DNA of 63,843 bases, filler included, from Chiloscyllium plagiosum (GCF_004010195.1; 4 parts of one record of this genome joined end to end with filler, not necessarily neighbours in it); one strand, 5' to 3'. Positions 50,666 to 63,349 are shown, counted from the first letter of the whole stretch. The notes: generated by a model not told the origin, from the letters alone. Translations and numbers: made by a program.

Positions 50666-52894
50666 CTTCCTACTGTGAGCAAGGGAGTGCCAAGATTTTG
50701 AACCAAAGGCAATCAGCATTGTGTGTGAACTGGAGGGCAACTTTGAGATGGTGCTCCCATGTATTTGCTGCTCTTGTCCTTCCAGTGGGTAAAGATCATC
50801 AGATTTATGGCAGAGGGTAGTACAGAATGAAGTCAGAGCATGCCTGTCATACTCTAGGGCAGGGGTTATCAGGTTGAAGTGTGATTAGTACACACTGATG
50901 TTGGTTTGTAACTCAATGTTGGGTCTGTAATTTCCCCTTTTCTAGAACTGAGCAAGACATTGTGCTTTACCAACCAATTTCTGGCTTCTCGCTCCTGCAC
51001 ATTTTTCAGCTTTATCTTTGCTCATTGCTCTCCGTTAAACTTCTCCAGCTTTTTCTCACATGTTTGACCTATTAGCTACCTGAAGATATTTTTATTCTTT
51101 TTAAAAACGCCCTCTGCACTGCATCGTAAAGACAATTTTCCGTTAGAGAGAACTGGTTCATTCTCGGCAGTCTACTGTTCATTAGACCTGTGGGCACCTT
51201 CTGGCTAACCCATTATTTCTGTCTCTTTCTTCCCTCTGTTTTACAAATCATACCATGCACTGTGCATTCTGTCCATTTTCAAAGGACTGTACCCAAAAAG
51301 TGAATCTCTCCTTTATCTTCACTGTTGTTGATTTCTGCTTTTCCTACAAAATGATTGACTCAACTCCCCCATGCATTGTGGCTCACAACAACACAGTTTA
51401 CCATCTGCACCTCGATTTTTTTTGTTCGTTTTTTTCGTTTCGTTCCCGTGTGCTACTTCCAGAGACAGCTAGATGCGCTGAGCAGTGGGTGCAGCTGTTT
51501 CGAATTGCCTCTGGATGCTCTCCAGCCTTCAACTGCCTGAATACTTCGATCAAAACGCAAATGCATTACCAACAAAGCCAGCACAGCCACCTGTCCTGAC
51601 TCTCCCAAGCACGACACTGCGTTCCTTATATATTCAGGTCACGCCAGCACAAAGCTCAGCAGACATACTCCAAAATAAAGAATACTTCAGAAATAAGAAG
51701 GATCAGACAGGGGGAAAATGCGAGACAGACTGAAATGTGAATGTGCACACAGCATGGTAAATAAGATTGCAGAGCAGCAGGCACATGAGATTATGATATC
51801 ACAGCAATAACAGGCACCCAGCTCAAACAAAGAGGTGCAGTGAGGTTGTTTGGGTAAAAAGGCAGTCAGTAAAAATAGCAAGGAAAGTGGGGAATAAACA
51901 GTTGGAGGGGAGGGTATGTGTAGCATGGTTGGTCATAGATAACAGACAACACCAGAATGGAATGAGAGTCAAAGGCAGAAACCTTTCGGTTAGAATTGGG
52001 AAGAAGAGGAGCTATTACAGTGCATGACTCATTCGATACATCTCGCAACAGTGGGAAGATAGAGGAGTGCATTGGGAAACAAATTGCAGGAAAAATGCGC
52101 CAAGTTCAGAATATGATCACAAGGGCTAGGGGTGTTGCAATTGTCTGAGCATATACTTGGAAAATGGCAGTATAATGGGTAAAAGGATGGCTGGGTTTTT
52201 AAAATGCATATTAAAGACCCTTTAGGCCAATATTCTTCTGAACAGGAATGAAGCAATCCTGGATTTACAATAAAAACAGAAACTGGTGGAAATACTCAAG
52301 AGCTCAATATAGACAGAAACAGTCATTGTAGCTCAACTCAATCGCCTTTTATCAGTGCAATGTTCCCCCGAAGAGTTCCACAGGAGTGGAAAAAAAGTCG
52401 GATGAAGACAAGACACACTCTCCTTTTGCAGCACTTGCCCCCATATTCTGTCAAGTTAAGTTTTAAGGACCTGGTCTTTGAATGTGGGTGAGTGAATAGG
52501 ATGAGTGAGTAAATGAACTGGTAAACTGGTGAGTGAGTAAGTGAGTGAGAGAACTGGTGAGTGAGTGAGTGACTAGGTGGATGCATAAGTGGGTGAATTA
52601 TGTGATCTAAAGTGCACTCTGAGTTAGTAGGGGGTGGTTGAGTTGTGTTCTGCAGGGTTGTGTTGCAACTCTTCGGTTGTGCACTCTCTCTTGAGCATTT
52701 AAGAGACTGGAAGGTTTGGCTCCCCATATTTTGATTAATTATAGAATTCAGACACATATTTTCCAGACTCTATAAGATCATGAAGTGTTATTGGAGAAAC
52801 AGAAAACATTCTTAAGGGTCTTGACAAGAATGGCTACTGAGAAGATGCTTCCCCTGCCTAGATAATCTAGAACTGGAGGGTGGTAGTTTCAGAA

Positions 52895-53725
52895 TAATGT
52901 TCAGCAGCATCCACAACTCCTCAGATCCTGAAGCAGTTCATGTTAAAATTCAGCAAGACCTGGACATTTGGGGAAGTAAAAGTCAGGTCACAGAAACTTC
53001 AGGAAATCACCAGCCCCAGCAAGACAGAATCCAGTCATCACCCCTTCATATTCAATGGCATTACCATTGCTTAATTCCGTCCAGTTAACAAACTGGGGAT
53101 ACCATTGACCAGAAACTGTACCTCATTACCTATTAAATATAATGGCTACAAGAGCATGTCAGAGACTAGGAATACTGCATTGACTCCTGACTCGCCAAAA
53201 CCTGTCCACAAGGCGCAAGTCAGGAGTGTGATGGAATACTCCCCACTTGCCTGGATGGATGCAGCTCCAACAACACTCAAGAAGCTTAGCACCATCAAGG
53301 ACAAAGCAACCTGCTTGATTGGTAACCTAACCACAAACATCCACTGCCACCACCACTGGTGCTCAGTAGCAGCAGTGAGTACAATCCACAAGATGCACTG
53401 CAGAAATTCACCAAAGATCCTTAGATAGCACCTTCCAGAGCCACAACTACTTGCATCTCAAAGGGCAAGTTCAGTGGAGAGTTGGAAACACCACTAGCTG
53501 CAAGCCACTCACCATCCTGACTTACAAATATATCACTGTTCCTTCAGTGTCACTGGAACAAAATCCTGGATTTCCCTCCCTAAGGGCATTGTGGGTCTAA
53601 CTCGACTAAATGGACTGAAGTGGGTCAAGGAGACAGTTCATCAGCATCTTCTCAAGGGAACTGAGGGATGTGCATTAAATGTTGGTCTAACCTGGGAAGC
53701 TCAAGTCCTATGAATGAGTAAAAAA
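52895..53725 (+). mobile_element. LINE 3' fragment of a distinct CR1/Jockey-group lineage
   Basis: KAQVRSVMEYSPLAWM...HHWCSVAAV motifs; tail resembles that of SINE family 2. Confidence 0.7.
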
Positions 53726-54189
53726 TGTTCCTAAACATCTACCATAGTTCCTCAATCACCTTTTCTGCTAAATTCCTTTGCCAATTAAGTTTTAAGCAAC
53801 TCTGCTCTCATTCTTATGAAATTCCCTTTATTTAAGTTTGGCACAATTGTTTCCAACCGAAGTTTCTCACTCTCAAACTTGCAGTAGACACCATTTTCTA
53901 GATGATCTTTTGTACTAAGATCATTTATGAAAACTGCCTCACTACACATTACCAGATCTGAAATCTTTGGTTTGATCTGCATATTGTTCTTGGAAACTGT
54001 CCCGAACAGAAACTGTGAATTATTTCTCGTGGCTAGTTCTGTCAACGTGACTTTAGCAAAAACTAAAGTCAACCACGATTATTGTATTGCTTTGCTTTAA
54101 TTCGCCATCACTGATTGATTCTCCATCTTACAGTATAGCTACCATTGGGCGGGTGCATCACAGTACAGACTAATCTTGGAAGTCTTAAT

Positions 54190-54760
54190 TCTCTGGGATT
54201 TGGGAGTGCTAGTTGAGGATTCTCTAAAGGTAAACATGCAGGTTGAGTCCGTGATTAAGAAAGCGAATGCAATGTTGTCAATTATCTCAAGAGGGTTGGA
54301 ATATAAAAGCACTATTGTGCTACTGAGACTTTATAAAGCTCTGGTTAGGCACCANNNNNNNNNNNNNNNNNNNNNNNNNNNNNAAACTTACAAGATAATA
54401 CATGGCTTGGAGAGGGTGGACGCTAGGAAATTGTTTCCGCTAGGCGAGAAGACTAGGACCCGTGTATACAGCCTTAGAATTAGAGGGGGTAAATTCAGAA
54501 CAGAAATGCGGAGACATTTCTTCAGCCAGAGAGTGGTGGGCCTGTGGAATTCATTGCCACAGAGTGCAGTGGAGGCTGGGATGCTAAATGTCTTCAAGGC
54601 AGAAATTGATAAATTCTTGAAGTCACAAGGAATTAAGGGCTACGGGGAGAATGCGGGTAAGTGGAGTTGAAATGCCCATCAGCCATGATTGAATGGTGGA
54701 GTGGACTCGATGGGCCGAATGGCCTTACTTCCGCTCCTATGTCTTATGGTCTTATGGTCT
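54190..54760 (+). mobile_element. CR1 LINE 3' fragment
   Basis: LRLYKALVRH, FRTEMRRHFFSQRVVGLWNSLP; (TCTTATGG)n tail. Confidence 0.95.
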
Positions 54761-55419
54761 CTTCTTATTTGCCCTTGTTATTTCTTATCACCACCGATAT
54801 GTATCTTCTATCCAAGATAATTTCTTCCTATGGTGCTTATTCCAATAAAATTACCTCACAAACTAATGTATAGTTGCCAACACGCAATAAACTACATCTT
54901 GTTTAAGACAAGAGCCTTCTCTTGTTCAACTACCATGAAATTGCCCTCCACCACACCAGGCTGACCAGATCCTCAAAACAGCATTGTGACAGTGAGCCTA
55001 CTCCATACTGAACAATACTGTAGACAGCTTCATAAATAAAAACAGAAAGTCTAACAACAGGACATAACATTTCCAATCCAATACCTCCACTTCAGAAATA
55101 ACTGGCATCCACAATATTGCGTTTTTGTTTGAGCCTAACACAACTTGTTGCTCAGTGGTGAATAATGTTTGTACAGCACAGCTCCAGTTTTTGTTCTCAT
55201 CTCTTTCTGTTAATATAGTGTCCTAGTTATCTGAAGGTTGCCAGTAATGACTTACACCACAGTATCAAAGCATGGCAAGATGAGTCAGCTAGCCCCGAGA
55301 GTTACCAGTGTCTGAGCCCACACTGTTTCTGTTACTTTTGCATCATTCACTCATTATCCAGCTACCTGGCCTTTGTGCAACTAGGCACAAGGGTGTGTGA
55401 TAACTTAACTGGATTTTTT

Positions 55420-55745
55420 AGAGAATCCCTACAGTGGGGAGCAGGCCATTCAGCCCATGAAGTCGAAACTGACCCTCCACAGAGCATCCTACCCAGACTC
55501 AATCCACTATCCTACCCCAGTAACTCTGTATTTCCCATGGCTAATCCACCCAGCTGGCACATCACTGGAGAATTAAGCATGGCTAATCCACCTGACCTGT
55601 GCATCTTTGGGCTGCGGGAGGAAACCAACACAGACACAGGGAGAATGTGTAAACTCCACCCAGACAGTCACCCAAGGCTGGAATTGAACCAGGGTCCCTG
55701 GCACTGTGAGACAGCAGTGCTAACCACTGAGCTACCACACTGCCC
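55420..55745 (-). mobile_element. HE1-like SINE
   Basis: Reverse-complement head and core; internal duplication CATGGCTAATCCACC. Confidence 0.88.
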
Positions 55746-57375
55746 TTTTCTTTCCTCTCACTGTCTCTGGCAATTGTATGCAGGTTCTCTAAGAGTCCTT
55801 GCATAATTTTGGAGACGATTTATGACTCAACCATCTTGCTAACAGACAGAGTAATCTCCACCTCCTCCCTTTCACTCTTGCCTCTCTAAGATACGAAAGA
55901 CGTTTGATTTTCAATTTTCAATCAGGTTTGGAAGCATAGTTGGCACTAATGCTCCCACCTCAATCAATTTTCCCTCTTTTGTGGTAATGGAGCTGAAAAG
56001 CTTTTCTTTGCACCGTGTTGAATTTGTGAAGGACAGGATGGGTTGATAGTGAATGAGGACTGACACTGCCACACTGAGAGCACAGTGAGATTTTACCACT
56101 TCTTACTCATTTCCCAGTATTGATTTGTCAAACAAAATTGACACTCATCAACCTACCCTGACTCTCGGCCAACCATCCGTCAGGAAAATAATTCTTTCCT
56201 TTCTTCCTCCTTATGCTATTTTAATTCCATATTTAAATATTCCCTCTCCCTCAACAAATCCTGATTCTGACTTACAATTGAACATAGAGAAAACCAACGC
56301 AGAAAATCAAAGTGTGGAAGTCCATTTCAACATCATGAAAGCGCAACACATATCAGCTAGGTGGAAACAGGGGCCGATCAGAGACTGGATGATCAAAGGT
56401 ACACAACAGTCATGATGCAGATTAAAGACAGTGCAGTAAATTTTCATTTTCGCCACATTAGTCTGATAATGTGGGTCACCAATCCATTAAATAATCTACC
56501 TGATTTTCATTCCACTGAAATCAACTGAATTAGATTGAACGGGTTTCTGTCAGGTCGAGGTACCTCTACCAATTAGCGACTGCAGATGCACTGCAGACTA
56601 AAACATTCTCCATTATTAGCAAAAGACACTGGGTTCCGTCAACTGGAGTCTGGATGCTTGAAAGACATTGGAGGATATTGTTCTTTTATAAGTGGCTTGC
56701 AATAAAAGCAAAGGAAGTTAAAAACGGCAAATAAAACCGAGTTCAGGGACATTAAATAAGGAGAGTGAAGGATAGTTATCCAATGGAGATAGACGCAGTG
56801 CACTCTCTCTCTCTCTTTCTCTCTCTCCAGCCGAACAAGTTCATAGGTCACAACATCAATTTCACTGTTTTAGCCACGTCCCAGCATGTCCAATTGTAAA
56901 CTTGCACTATATTAGACTCAGAATAGAAACACCCAACATCTGGTTTCTTTAATAAAGACAAAATTATTACACAACAAAACCTATTCTCACACACTCACAT
57001 ACACAAACACACACATTACAGCAGCTGAAATGAATTGCTCTATGCAGAAACTCAATTTGGAAACAAACACTTTTATCCAATAACAGTTAGTTCTTAAAGA
57101 AAAGGAGGAATCAGTGTTAAATGTTTAGAAAGTTGTCAATCTGGCATTCAGCACAGTCCTGCAGTTATCCCTGGGGGTTCAGAAAACACAACTTGCTCAG
57201 GAAACAGTACTGAGAAGATTCCAGATGCCCTTTCACAATAACAATCAGTTTTCACACTGGGTTCACCAACAGAGTGCATCAAAATGGTTGTTAAAACAGC
57301 TGAGCAGCTGATTCATCAAGAGCCTTTTGCTTAACTGCAAATCAAAGTGGTCATCACTACCACTATTGAAAACTA

Positions 57376-57839
57376 TCACTTTTTTTATTATGAATATTTA
57401 TTCATTAATATGTTGGTTTAACAGAATACATACAAAATAGCAAAAGTATAAGATGAAGCAGGTATGTCAATCTCCCTTTGACCCTTCGGACACGGCACAC
57501 TGCTCCCAATCTGAGACTATAACTTGCTTATCGAATCACTTTCGGTCTTGCCTTGGAAATAGCTGTACTAAATGAATGCATCCTCTTCAGGGCAGATGGA
57601 TAGGATTCAAAACTTTCTGAGATTTAATTCTAATCAAAGCATTCTCCAAAAAGAAAGCAATGTTAGATATATAGGAGCCAACAGGTGAAGTTTAAAATGA
57701 TTGTATCCATTTTAATGGGCCTCCCTGACTGTTCGTCTTGGGAAAAGTGTCAGCCAAGGGGAAACCAGCATCACCTTTAAAATAACTCCTGGAGGAATAC
57801 GTCTGGAAAATAATTGGGGAAGGGATTTATGTCTTTAAA
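57376..57839 (-). repeat. Unclassified ~460 bp repeat, left arm
   Basis: Reverse complement of 59172-59637. Confidence 0.9.
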
Positions 57840-58450
57840 TGGACTGAAGGCAGAGAGAGACCTTGGTGTGCATGTACATGAGCCATTACTGGTGGCAGCA
57901 CATAGATAAAGTCCAATAAAAGACAAACACAGTCGTTGGTTTTCTATCTAGAGGCATTATATAAAAAAGAATGAAGGCTAAGTTGAAAGGCTACCAGGCT
58001 TTCATTAGGCTGCAGTGGGAGCGATGTGCAGTGTTTTGGCATCCCATTATGAGGAGCATATGAAGGCAAAGGGAAAGGTACAGTGCTGAATCACTAGAGA
58101 CGGGGAGAGTGAACAGCTATGGAGAAAGATAGGAGATTTTACAGTTACAGTCACAAGAGAAGAGAAAGCAAAACACTGACCTGATAGAGGAGCCATTATG
58201 ATTAAAAAGGAGATAGAGTGCTTCCAAATGGCAAATAAAAATGGGTCATAACCTGAACCTATAAAACTAAACTCAAGACTGAGAAAACACATTTTTGTTC
58301 AAAACAGATTGTGCAATTATCTGATATCAAGTACAAAAGTAGACCCCATAAGAACTTTTAAAGAGGAATTAGATAGTTGCTTGTAGAAAAGGAATATTGA
58401 ATGGCCTGGGGCTCCAACAGGACATTGGGATTAGACCAGCTGATTGCATA
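57840..58450 (+). mobile_element. Very old CR1 fragment
   Basis: AGAGAGACCTTGGTGTGCATGTACA and downstream CR1-like order. Confidence 0.6.
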
Positions 58451-58884
58451 AAGGTAGGATTAAACAGAGACTTGGGAGGTTTGTTTCCCCATTGTGTCAC
58501 TCCCGGCTACGATACAAATGTATTTCCGTCTCGTTTTAGCTTTTTTTGTGCTGATTTCTACCAAATGTAAAATTCAAAATGAACCATACCTGTTGAGAAC
58601 AGCTGACACTCTCAAATCCTGACTGGGTCTGCCATGAGTGAATGATTGCATTCTTGATTCTGAGTAATAAAGTTACTGTTTCAAGCTCTCCTTTAGCGAT
58701 TTCAGTGCAAATGTGTTACTGCTTTACACCACTACTGAGGATATGTTGCAATGTTAGAGACTCCATTTTTCAGGTTCAACATGAAGTTAAGCCTCTGACT
58801 GCTACTGGTGTGTACAAAAAAATCCCATAGCTCTACTGTGAAGAGGTGGAGGTGAGTTCTCCTCAATATTCACAATATTTATTC

Positions 58885-59780
58885 CTGGGACAGTGGGAGT
58901 GTCTTAGGAGGAGAGATTGGGCAAACTGGGTCAGTATTCTCTCTAGTTTTGAGCAATGTCAGGTGATCTCATTGAAGCTTACAAAATGCTTAAACAGAGA
59001 GACAGGGTGGATGCAGATAAGATGCTTACCCTAGTTGGGAGTCTAAAATCAATGGGCACAGTTTAAACATAAGTGGGGGATGCAAGTTAGGTAAGAAATG
59101 AGGAGGAATTATGTTAGTCAGAGGGTGTGAACATTTGGAGTTCTGTACTACAGAGGGCTGTGGACGCTTTTTTTGAAGACATAAGTCCCTTCCCCAATTA
59201 TTTTCCAGACGTATTCCTCCAGGAGTTATTTTAAAAGTGATGCTGGTTTCCCCTTGGCTGACACTATTCCCAAGATGAACAGTCAGGGAGGCCCATTAAA
59301 ATGGATACAATCATTTTAAACTTCACCTGTTGGCTCCTATTTATCTAACATTGCTTTCTTTTTGGAGAATACTTTGATTACAGTTAATTCTCAGAAAGTT
59401 TTGAATCCTACCCGTCTGCCCTGAAGAGGATGCATTCATTTAGTACAGCTATTTCCAAGGCAATTCCTAAATTAATTTGATAAGTAAGTTACAGTGTCAG
59501 ATTGGGAGCAGAATGCCATGTCCGAAGGGTCAAGGGGAGATTGACGTATCTGCTTCATCCAGTACTTTCTGCTATTTTAAGTGTATTCTATTAAAGCAAC
59601 ATATTAATGAATAAATATTCTTAATGAAGAAAGGTGAAGAGGAGTAAATTTCTGATTACCAATGGCGTACAGGGTTCAGGGATGTAGTGAGTAAAAGGCA
59701 TTGAACTGTCCTGCCATAGACAAATTGAATGGCAGGTCAGGCTCAATGAACTGAATGGCCTACGTCTGTTCTTATATCTT
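58885..59780 (+). mobile_element. CR1 3' fragment split by the right repeat arm, itself inside a Deu-domain SINE
   Basis: CR1 sequence stops at ~59167 and resumes at ~59645; SINE pieces at ~58780-58885 and ~59790-59970. Confidence 0.7.
59172..59637 (+). repeat. Unclassified ~460 bp repeat, right arm
   Basis: Reverse complement of 57376-57839. Confidence 0.9.
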
Positions 59781-60444
59781 GGTAATGTTTGTGTCTGAAC
59801 TAATTTCAGCAGAAAGAAACCAGATGACTTGCCTTCAATCTCATCGCTATTTGCATAAATTGGCTGCCACTTTTCCAACTATACAACCATATACTTTTCA
59901 ACTACAAGGTGGAACACTGAGGCATTTTGAAGTCATGGCAGGCACTATATAAAGGAAACCTCTTTCTTCATTTAAACACACATTGAAAATTGAAGGTGTT
60001 TCTCATGATTGATTGAATTCCTTTCACAGCATACTTCCTTGCGTAGTCATCCATTCTTGGTGAAGGTTTCACATGAATGATGCATGAGGCTGCAGTCTGC
60101 ATACAGAATTGCTCATTTGCAACATTAAATAAAGTAAAGTATTATCTCTGGCCTGCAGGGTTATTCAGAAAAAGGTGGTTATGCACGAGTTCCCAGGTGG
60201 TTATCTGCAATTACGTTCTGCAGTTAACAAAAATGGTGACATGCATTTGCCGGACTATCACTGAAGAGACCAGGAGATGTACTAGGAACAGAGTCATTTT
60301 TTAAAAAAATACCATAGACGTCATGGACAGCTTAAAGAAAAGATGACTTAATGGAATCGCACTGTGTAAAAGATGGCTGCCACATTCCCCACGCCCCCGT
60401 CACCACAGTGACTGTGCACTTCAAAACATCTCATTGGCTGGGAG

Positions 60445-60921
60445 ATACTTGATGACAAACGGAGAATTCACCACAAAGGTACACAGGAAAGCCACACACA
60501 CAGACCAAGTCCTGAACTATGAAAGCAACCACCCCAATACACACAAACGAAGTTGCATCAAGACACTGTTCAAAAGGGCCACAACACACTGCAGCACACC
60601 AGAACTGCAAAAAGAGGAAGAAGAACACCTACACAAGGTATTCGCCAAAAACGGATATCCTCGCAATTTCATCAACAGATGCCTAAGGGAAGAACAATGG
60701 AACGAGGACATGCCGCAACCCAAAGGACTAGCCACACTACCATACATCAAGAACATCTCTGAACTGACAGCCAGACCACTGCGACCACTATGACTTATAA
60801 CAGCACACAAACCAACAGCCACACTCAGACAACAACTCACCAGAACGAAGGACCTGATACCCAGCATGAGCAAAACTAATGTAGTGTACAAAATCCCATG
60901 CAAAGACTGCACAAAACACTA
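60445..60921 (+). mobile_element. Penelope-like element (Poseidon-type), RT C-terminus and GIY-YIG start
   Basis: VHRKATHTDQVLNYESNHP, KNGYP, LPYIKNISE, NVVYKIPCKDC; runs into a gap. Confidence 0.9.
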
Positions 60922-61021
60922 NNNNNNNNNNNNNNNNNNNNNNNNNNNNNNNNNNNNNNNNNNNNTTAATTAATTAANNNNNNNNNNNNNNNNNNNNNNN
61001 NNNNNNNNNNNNNNNNNNNNN

Positions 61022-61195
61022 TCTCCCTCTCGCGCCCTCTCCCTCTCGCGCCCTCTCCCTCGCGCGCGCTCTCCCTCGCGCGCGCTCTCCCTCGCGCGCT
61101 CTCTCCCTCGCGCGCTCTCTCCCTCGCGCGCTCTCTCCCTCGCGCGCTCTCTCCCTCGCGCGCTCTCTCCCTCGCGCGCTCTCTCCCTCTCTCTC
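61022..61195. repeat. 18-bp CpG-rich tandem repeat (CTCTCCCTCGCGCGCTCT)
   Basis: About nine units grading into (TC)n. Confidence 0.9.
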
Positions 61196-61874
61196 TTACT
61201 CTCACTCTCCCCTTACTATAGTGAGCTCTGTGCTGTGGTATATTACACACCCTGGTCTCTCCTCCTTTATTTCACTCTAGGGGAAGGGTCATCCCATCTG
61301 AAACGTTAACTCTGATTTCACTTCACAGATGCTGCCAAACCTGCTGAGCTTTTCCAGTCATTTCTGATTTTGTCTCTATACATCATTGTCTTGTTTTGTG
61401 GCGAGGCTGCAGCCCAAGCCCCTCTGCCCATAGCCTTGAACTCTCAAACAGGAGCAAAATACTGTGCTGGTAATTTGAAGTAATCAGAAAATGCTGGAGA
61501 AACCCAGCAGGCCAGGCAGTATCAGTGCCAAGAGAAACCGAGTTAACGCTTTCAGTCTGGTATAACTTCTTCAGAACCTGAGCTGTCATTGTTTTGTTTC
61601 TCTCCTGTCTCCCGTGGTGTACCCTCTCTCAGCTCCTCCTCGTCCATGAGACTTTGAAATGTCCCAACTAGTGAAAAGCACTAAATGAGTGAGTTGTTTC
61701 CAGTTCATTGTCTCTCCCTTTGCCCTGACAACCTCGAGATATCCTGCTAGGGGTGTGGTTCTGTTCTCTGGGTAATCATTGGCTGTTTGCAATGTATTCT
61801 TTCCTTTGGCAGGGCTGGTGAGTGTCTGCGCCCGGGTGAGTGTGTTGTGTCAGAAGTCCCACATTGATTTCGCC

Positions 61875-62039
61875 ATGCCCAAGATTGAAGACAGTGAGGA
61901 GGAGACCGGTCCCACCATGTGCCCCACGCAGCCTATCAAAGAGGAGAGCCCGTCGCTCCAGGAGCTGCGAATGTTCCTCGGAAAAGCCAAGATGATGAAG
62001 ATCGGTCAATTCAATGCATCCCCGACCGATTCAGTCAAG
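61875..62039 (+). CDS. Putative first coding exon of an unidentified host gene (MPKIEDSEEETGPTMCPTQPIKEESPSLQELRMFLGKAKMMKIGQFNASPTDSVK)
   Basis: Non-repeat, CpG-retaining sequence with GC-rich third positions; Kozak-like GCCATG; acceptor TTCTTTCCTTTGGCAG ending 61812; possible donor AAG|GTGCCT. Confidence 0.6.
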
Positions 62040-63349
62040 GTGCCTGCAGCTCACTCTTCACCTGTCCGGAGAACGGGAATAAACCCTAACCCCTGCTATC
62101 TCCACACCCAGCAAACTGCTCTCCCCACCCCCCCCTCCCCCCCCCCNNNNNNNNNNNNNNNNNNNNNNNNNNNNNNNNNNNNNNNNNNNNNNNNNNNNNN
62201 NNNNNNNNNNNNNNNNNNNNNNNNNNNNNNNNNNNNNNNNNNNNNNNNNNNNNNNNNNNNNNNNNNNNNNNNNNNNNNNNNNNNNNNNNNNNNNNNNNNN
62301 NNNNNNNNNNNNNNNNNNNNNNNNNNNNNNNNNNNNNNNNNNNNNNNNNNNNNNNNNNNNNNNNNNNNNNNNNNNNNNNNNNNNNNNNNNNNNNNNNNNN
62401 NNNNNNNNNNNNNNNNNNNNNNNNNNNNNNNNNNNNNNNNNNNNNNNNNNNNNNNNNNNNNNNNNNNNNNNNNNNNNNNNNNNNNNNNNNNNNNNNNNNN
62501 NNNNNNNNNNNNNNNNNNNNNNNNNNNNNNNNNNNNNNNNNNNNNNNNNNNNNNNNNNNNNNNNNNNNNNNNNNNNNNNNNNNNNNNNNNNNNNNNNNNN
62601 NNNNNNNNNNNNNNNNNNNNNNNNNNNNNNNNNNNNNNNNNNNNNNNNNNNNNNNNNNNNNNNNNNNNNNNNNNNNNNNNNNNNNNNNNNNNNNNNNNNN
62701 NNNNNNNNNNNNNNNNNNNNNNNNNNNNNNNNNNNNNCCCCCCCCCCCCACCCTCGCTCCCTGCCAACCCCCTCACTCCCCCCACAGTGTGCAGGATCAG
62801 CGGGCTGGCCATGGTAAATGTGGGGTTGCAGGGATAGGGCAGGGGCTCTGGGTGGGGTGCTCTTCACAGACTCATTGAGGACATGATGGGCCCAATTTCA
62901 GCACTGGATAATTCTGTCCAGTGCTGCTGCTGGTCATTTCTGCTACTTATATCAATAGAAGTGTTTGTTGTTGTCCCAGTGCTGACCCTGACTCCAGGGC
63001 CATTAGGAATGGGCAATAAGTACTGGAGAAGCCAATGAAGCTGACAACCAAATAAGAACAAATAGTTTGTGGACACGATGTGAGTGTAGGGAAGGCGAGT
63101 GACCTCCCTGATCAGTCACTGGTTCAGCCCCACAGAACCGGGCCAAAACCTGGGGTGTTTTCTGGAAGGAGTTAGGTGTCGTTCTTGGGGCTAAAAAGGG
63201 ATCAAAGGGTAAGGGGAGAAAGCAGGAGCTGGACACTGAGTTGGATGTGACCATACTGAAAGGTGCAGCAAGCTAAAAGGGCTAATGGTCTCTTGTTATT
63301 TTCACTGTTTCCGTGTACCAGAGTTACTGTGATCCAGGAACAATGGGCT

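Noticed and set aside
57376..59637. Single DNA transposon with long TIRs
   Set aside because: No transposase or clear TSD; the CR1 and SINE inside continue beyond the right arm
61875..62039. Assignment to the DUSP13/DUSP29 family
   Set aside because: Only a vague PSLxEL resemblance; the following EVWP motif is absent
61779..62867. Long ORFs of 221-352 aa
   Set aside because: Length comes from reading through an N gap
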